64,000 nucleotides of DNA, from the NCBI GenBank assembly GCA_964406575.1, contig CAYOSH010000022.1, positions 2,740-66,739 of the forward strand. Reading direction: 5' to 3'. Origin of the DNA: an uncultured Eubacteriales bacterium (GTDB lineage Bacteria > Acidobacteriota > Aminicenantia > Aminicenantales > Aminicenantaceae). How positions within the stretch are numbered: the stretch's first letter is position 1; the number at the start of each line of letters is the position of its first letter. Positions 59,017 through 64,000 of the stretch are shown in pieces. The position numbers were made by a program, and so were the translations under genes. Under the pieces are notes generated by a model that was not told the DNA's origin, searched no databases, and saw only the letters and a list, made by a program, of their open reading frames with translations.

Positions 59017-60483
59017 TTAACCTCGTTCCAAAGGAGGCAGATCGATGCCCATTCGCTTGGCATCGTCCTTCATGATGCTCATCAGTGCCTTGAGCGAATC
59101 GTCCGATAGCGGTTCCACTGTGTAGGACCTCATGACTCTCTCGACTTCCTCGCACGCCCGATTCCATGCGCTCTTTTTCCCATGACTCGTCCAGACATCA
59201 TATGTATCGCGGTCAATCACAACACCGGCCTGATACATTTCCTCACGATACCACCGAAGCGTCTCTTTCGAAGTCAAAAAATGTTTGCCATCGTAAATAT
59301 CCCCGTACAGATCCCCGCCCAATCGATCTCCCCGGGCTTCGATACCCCTGACCATTCGAAGAGCCATGCCGCAGATCTCGTTATCCAGAACGAGTTTTTC
59401 CAGACTCTGACAGCTCTCGAAATTCAGCATACCCGGACCCGAGATGACGTTCGCACCCGCTAGAGCTGCAACGAGCGCTCCCATCCCTGTCTCCAAACCC
59501 GCCTGTCCGTCGACGATTTTAGCGTCGGAAAGTCCCATATAGGCATGAGTGGGAAGCCCCAGATGTTTCCCGATCTGAACATAAGCAGCATCGATCATCA
59601 TTGTCTCCACAGCTCCCATAGGTGTCGTTCCTTTCCGCATATCAAACGCTGCGGGCGAACCCCCAAAAATGATCGGCGATCCCGGATGGGCTAACTGGTG
59701 AATGACAATACCACTCAGGTTTTCGGCAGTCAATTGCACCAATGCGCCGGCCAGCGTTACCGGAGACGTGGCTCCGGTCAAGGGCATAGATATCAGTTCG
59801 GCGGGAATCCCAGCCTTAGATGCATCGATGAGATCCTGACAAGTCAAGTTGCTCCATTTCAAAGGAGCTGAGGGACAGCAGTCAAAGATTGCCAGAGGCT
59901 TATCTCTAAGGGCTTTTTCACTCCCCCGGACTGAGACAAGCATATCTTTCATGATCTCAAAACTCTCCAAAGCAAAAGTACCAGTCACGACCGGTTTCTT
60001 GCTGAACTGCAGTCCGATATATAACCGATACCTGTCCTGCATGGCTTGAGGGACATCGGTGGAAATCATCTCTGTACTCTGTGCCGCAATGTTGGGGAGG
60101 GCATCGATCAATATCGCAAAACGGATGAGATCCTTGGTAACCGGATCTCTTTCTTCCAATGTAACCGGATCCAAAATCGTCAAAGCTCCGGAGCCCGGAT
60201 CAAAGTGAATCGCATCGCCTTCCAGATTCATCGCCAGATCGCCGCTGCGGTCATAGACTTTGATGGAATGAGGCGCGGTTTTCAGGGACTTTTCGACTAG
60301 GTTTTCCTTGAACAACACCGTTCGCTCTTTACATTCGCATCCTGCGTCTGCTAGAAGCCGCAACGCTTCATCGTTCTCTATGAGCACGCCCGTTTTTCCC
60401 AGAACATCCAATGCTTCAGAAACAATCTGATCGATGAACGATTCAGCCAGCATGTCCAGCTTCGGTCTTTTCGTTTCTAACAT
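59017..60483 (-). CDS. MttB-superfamily corrinoid methyltransferase, non-pyrrolysine type (close paralogue of 42315-43787)
   Basis: ATG 60483 after AGGAGG. Shares PLKWSNLT, FDMRKGTTP and QIGKHLGLPTH with 42315. The Pyl-equivalent position is Leu. Confidence 0.92.
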   Translation of the reverse strand: MLETKRPKLDMLAESFIDQIVSEALDVLGKTGVLIENDEALRLLADAGCECKERTVLFKENLVEKSLKTAPHSIKVYDRSGDLAMNLEGDAIHFDPGSGALTILDPVTLEERDPVTKDLIRFAILIDALPNIAAQSTEMISTDVPQAMQDRYRLYIGLQFSKKPVVTGTFALESFEIMKDMLVSVRGSEKALRDKPLAIFDCCPSAPLKWSNLTCQDLIDASKAGIPAELISMPLTGATSPVTLAGALVQLTAENLSGIVIHQLAHPGSPIIFGGSPAAFDMRKGTTPMGAVETMMIDAAYVQIGKHLGLPTHAYMGLSDAKIVDGQAGLETGMGALVAALAGANVISGPGMLNFESCQSLEKLVLDNEICGMALRMVRGIEARGDRLGGDLYGDIYDGKHFLTSKETLRWYREEMYQAGVVIDRDTYDVWTSHGKKSAWNRACEEVERVMRSYTVEPLSDDSLKALMSIMKDDAKRMGIDLPPLERG

Positions 60484-60708
60484 TGTTCCTCCTTCATCAT
60501 TGTATATCATACATTATTCAGAATATCTTGCATTATTCGGTATATCTTACATTATTTTTGGCAAGAATTCAGGTGATTTATCAGGGAAAGAAGCATCCTC
60601 ATTGCATACAAAATTGTTGACAATTTAGTGATTTGCGTGAAACGATACAGCTTCTACCGAGCGTATACATAAAATGCATTTAAAGATCATATGAAAAGGG
60701 AGCCATCA

Positions 60709-62748
60709 ATGAAGAAAGTGTTTTATCGTTTTCTAAGTTTAGCTCTCGTCCTGGGATTGGCTTGCGCGGCCGCATTCGGGCAGGAAGATCGTGACGCCCG
60801 AAATTTGACCGTCGACGATTATTTCCGAATCCAACGCGTCTCTGATCCGCAAATCAGTCCCGATGGGAAGTGGGTCGCCTTTGTCGTATCCACTATGGAC
60901 CTCGAGGAAGACGAGAGCGAGAGCCGAATCTGGATGATGCCAGTTGAGGGTGGTGAGGCGATACCGATGACGGCAAAAGGAAGCTCCGCCTCACGGCCGC
61001 GGTGGAGTCCGGACGGGAAATATTTGTCTTTCCTCGCGGCTCGAGACGGTGGCAAGGCCCAAGTCTGGACGCTGTTCCGAAAGGGTGGAGATTCTGTACA
61101 GCTCACCGAGGTCGCCCAGGGAGTGAAATCCTACGATTGGTCTCCGGACGGCGGCAGGTTACTGCTAACTCTTCAGGATCCGAAGCCCAGAGAAATAAAG
61201 GACGACAACGGCGATGACAAGAAGGAAACACCCAAACCCTGGGTGATCGATCGCCTTCAGTTCAAGCAGGACTACATTGGCTATCTGGATCGTCGCCGGA
61301 CCCACCTCTATGTCTTCGATGTGGAGTCCAAGACGACGACTCAAATTACATCCGGTGATTTCGATGATAGTGCTCCAGTTTGGTCGCCGGACGGCAAGTC
61401 CGTGGCCTTCGTCAGTAACCGCACCGATGAGCCCGACCATAACTATAACACCGACATATGGGTTGTTGCGGCGGACAATCCGGATCAAGGGAAAACCCTG
61501 CTGCAGGTGACCCATAATCCTGGGGCCGATAGCTCGCCCACCTGGAGCCCCGACGGCAAGTCCATCGCTTACATCTCGATCACCGACATGGACGCGTTGG
61601 TGTACGCTACGCCTCACCTGGCGGTGGTCTCCTCTAAGGGTGGTGAAGCCAATGTGCTCACCGAGAAGCTGGACCGGCATATGTCGAATCCCCGTTTCTC
61701 CCTGGACGGAGAGTCGATTTGCTTCGTTCTCGAAGATAGCGGTGAGCGTCAGCTGGCTTGCATTCCAGCGGGAGGAGGCACTGTGGAACGGCTCGTTACC
61801 GGCTCTCAAATCATCAATGAATTCGAGATCGGTAAGGATGGTACGATCGCCGCCCTCGTTACAGGGCCCCATCTCCCTCCTGAGGTTTTTATCTACACAA
61901 GAGGTGTATTGAAGCAGCTCTCTCATGCCAACCAGAAGCTCCTTTCCGAGGTTCGGCTTGGAGCCGTCGAGGAGATCCGGTTCAAGAGCAAGGACGGAAC
62001 CGAAATAGAAGCCTTTATGGTGAAGCCGCCGGCATTCGATCCGAGCTTTCGCTACCCCGCTCTGCTCCGTATACATGGCGGGCCTGTCTCCCAATACGAT
62101 TACGGCTTCAACTTCCAAGCTCAGCTCTTTGCTGCTGACGGCTATGTGGTCGTCCTCCCCAATCCGCGTGGCTCTTCAGGCTACGGCCAGGATTTTTCCC
62201 TGGGCATCTGGAAATCATGGGGTGAGAAGGATTACGAGGACGTCTTAGCCTCGGTCGACTATGTCATCGAGCGAGGTTTTGCCGATCCCGATCGACTAGG
62301 GGTAGGCGGATGGTCCTATGGCGGATTGTTGACCAACCACGTTATCGTCAAGACCGGCCGATTCAAGGCCGCCATCACTGGCGCCGGATCTACGCTTTAT
62401 GTCGCCAACTATGGCCATGACGAGTACCAGCGGTGGTGGGAGTACGAGCTCGGTGTTCCCTGGAAAGAGGAGAATCGAAAGATTTGGGAAAAGCTCTCGC
62501 CTTTCAACTATGTGGAGAACGTGACGACCCCAACGCTCATCGTGGGAGGGGAGAAGGATTGGAATGTCCCCATCCTCAATTCGGAGCAGCTCTATCAGGC
62601 GCTCAAACGACTGGGGCGTGTGACACTACTCGTCGTGTACCCCGGCGAGTTTCACGGGATCGGGAAGCCGTCCTACATCAAGGATCTTTATGAGCGCTAT
62701 CTGGACTGGTACGGCAAGTACGTGAAGGGTCGCGCATCCACTAACTAG
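60709..62748 (+). CDS. S9 family (prolyl oligopeptidase / acylaminoacyl) peptidase, secreted
   Basis: WSPDG beta-propeller repeats, IHGGP, NPRGSSGYG, GWSYGG, GEKD and YPGEFHG. Confidence 0.94.
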   Translation: MKKVFYRFLSLALVLGLACAAAFGQEDRDARNLTVDDYFRIQRVSDPQISPDGKWVAFVVSTMDLEEDESESRIWMMPVEGGEAIPMTAKGSSASRPRWSPDGKYLSFLAARDGGKAQVWTLFRKGGDSVQLTEVAQGVKSYDWSPDGGRLLLTLQDPKPREIKDDNGDDKKETPKPWVIDRLQFKQDYIGYLDRRRTHLYVFDVESKTTTQITSGDFDDSAPVWSPDGKSVAFVSNRTDEPDHNYNTDIWVVAADNPDQGKTLLQVTHNPGADSSPTWSPDGKSIAYISITDMDALVYATPHLAVVSSKGGEANVLTEKLDRHMSNPRFSLDGESICFVLEDSGERQLACIPAGGGTVERLVTGSQIINEFEIGKDGTIAALVTGPHLPPEVFIYTRGVLKQLSHANQKLLSEVRLGAVEEIRFKSKDGTEIEAFMVKPPAFDPSFRYPALLRIHGGPVSQYDYGFNFQAQLFAADGYVVVLPNPRGSSGYGQDFSLGIWKSWGEKDYEDVLASVDYVIERGFADPDRLGVGGWSYGGLLTNHVIVKTGRFKAAITGAGSTLYVANYGHDEYQRWWEYELGVPWKEENRKIWEKLSPFNYVENVTTPTLIVGGEKDWNVPILNSEQLYQALKRLGRVTLLVVYPGEFHGIGKPSYIKDLYERYLDWYGKYVKGRASTN

Positions 62749-62787
62749 GCAAGGGCTGCCTTAAATGCGTAAAAGCCGCCCAGCCTG

Positions 62788-63039
62788 TTGAGTGACCATT
62801 TGAGCGCAATTGTCATGGAACCGCAGCGCCGAGATTCCATCCTTGCTCGCACGCGCCAGATCATCCGCAAAAACCTCCCTCCAATGGAAGAATGGTTCTT
62901 GAAGCGTGATGATATTTTCAGCTATGTCCGTCCGAGCGCCGGAGCCTTCGTTTATTGTGAATACAAATCTATCTTTGTAGATGTCGATGGAAATGGCAAG
63001 TTCGATTCCCCACTTCCAAAAATCAAGTTTATTTTCTGA
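62788..63039 (+). pseudogene. Chimeric gene remnant (aminotransferase class I/II fragment joined to an unrelated C-terminal tail)
   Basis: ILARTRQIIRKNLP...FSYVRPSAGAF resembles an aminotransferase C-terminal region, followed by IFVDVDGNGKFDSPLP. No RBS or N-terminal part. Confidence 0.55.
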
Positions 63040-63128
63040 AGGAAGGGTGGTGTCTCGCTTAAGCTGGAAGGTTTGGAGCTCCCGGGGGATTTATGTCGCT
63101 TTTTGAGTCCTTAACCAAAGGCCATTTA

Positions 63129-63998
63129 TCAGGTGCTGTTCTGCAACTGTCTTGCTCTTTCAACATGCTGGCGCGATTCTGCTGACCTTCCTAACCTGTT
63201 GTATATATCAGCCAAAACAAAGTGGCCCAGGATCGCCACGTTCTTCTCTGGATTGAGGCTCAGCCCTTTCTCCGCCAGCTCGGCCGCTTCGATCAGGTCC
63301 TTCCCGTTGTCCATGTTCGCTTTTGCTAGAAACACGTAGGCATCCGGAAATTTCTCATTCTTCTGGATGCAGCTCTCGAATTCTTTGATTGACTTGTCCA
63401 GTTCTTTTGTCTTTGTGTACAACAGACCGAGATTGAAATCAGGCTTATGGTTAAAGGGACTGGTTTCCTGCTCCTTTTGGTATTCCTGGATGGCCAAAGA
63501 GATTTCCCCTCTCTCCTCATGAAGCAATCCCAGATTGAAATGGGCGTTCTGTAAAGGGACGCTCCTTTCGAAGCTGAGAGCGGTCCGGATCTCTTTCTCA
63601 GCCTCTGCATACATCTTCTTTTTAAGATAAAGAGCTCCCAAATTATTGTGGAAGGCTGGACTTTCAGGGTCCAGAGTTACAGCAGTTCTCAGATGCGCAA
63701 TGGCCTCATCCAGATCGCCTTGCAGTTCGTATAAATCCCCAAGGTGGAAGTGTGGCTTTGTATCCTTGGGATCGATAGCGATCAGGCGATTGAAGCCGAT
63801 GATCGCTTCTTCTATTTTCCCGGATTTCTTATAGGCCAGCGCTATGCCGAATATGGCATCGTAATATTCCGGGTCAACGGAAAGTGCTTTTTTGTACTCT
63901 TCGATAGCCTCTTCGTACTTTTCCTGTTTGGAAAATATATTGCCGAGGATATACCTGGCTTCCAGCACAGAGGGATCCCTCTCCAGTACCTTCTTTAT
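63129..63998 (-). CDS. TPR-repeat protein (C-terminal part; 5' end beyond the window)
   Basis: Consecutive TPRs (EEAIEEYKKALSVDP, HNNLGALY, HFNLGLLH). The frame is open to the window end. Confidence 0.9.
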   Translation of the reverse strand: MKKVLERDPSVLEARYILGNIFSKQEKYEEAIEEYKKALSVDPEYYDAIFGIALAYKKSGKIEEAIIGFNRLIAIDPKDTKPHFHLGDLYELQGDLDEAIAHLRTAVTLDPESPAFHNNLGALYLKKKMYAEAEKEIRTALSFERSVPLQNAHFNLGLLHEERGEISLAIQEYQKEQETSPFNHKPDFNLGLLYTKTKELDKSIKEFESCIQKNEKFPDAYVFLAKANMDNGKDLIEAAELAEKGLSLNPEKNVAILGHFVLADIYNRLGRSAESRQHVERARQLQNST

Positions 63999-64000
63999 CG

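Noticed and set aside
1-64000. Genome-wide TAG-to-Pyl recoding
   Set aside because: Many genes end at TAG exactly where family homology ends (e.g. the receptor ending in Phe at 20985), and only mtbB has a clearly internal TAG.
1-64000. CRISPR arrays, rRNA, selenoproteins, prophage or intact IS elements
   Set aside because: No repeat-spacer array, rRNA-like sequence, in-frame TGA at a catalytic site, phage genes or full transposase were seen.

Overview
Genomic window from an anaerobic diderm bacterium. Oar-like TonB-dependent receptors, a GWxTD-TPR protein and many secreted peptidases suggest an Aminicenantia/Acidobacteriota-like lineage (inference only). The core is a ~25 kb C1-metabolism block (25.3-50.6 kb). 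It contains a PocR/AraC regulator, three corrinoid proteins, a MesB-like folate-independent methionine synthase and a CODH/ACS cluster (cooS-acsB-cooC-acsD-acsC plus an ASKHA corrinoid activator) with no acsE in the window. It also holds a stand-alone homocysteine methyltransferase domain, a non-Pyl MttB and a complete bacterial-type pyrrolysine system (pylSc, pylB, pylC, pylD, pylT, pylSn). This is followed by a dimethylamine methyltransferase MtbB with an in-frame amber codon at the conserved Pyl position. The Pyl locus has several unusual features. pylD runs into tRNA-Pyl and ends on a TAG inside its anticodon stem. The tRNA has C instead of U at position 33. A corrinoid gene is joined in frame to pylB through a single TAG. 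TAG is also an ordinary stop in 14 of 47 genes by my manual count. The flanks encode peptide and amino-acid scavenging functions, two further non-Pyl MttB homologues, a REP-like doublet and small gene or IS remnants. All calls are by motif recognition by eye; no database searches were run.
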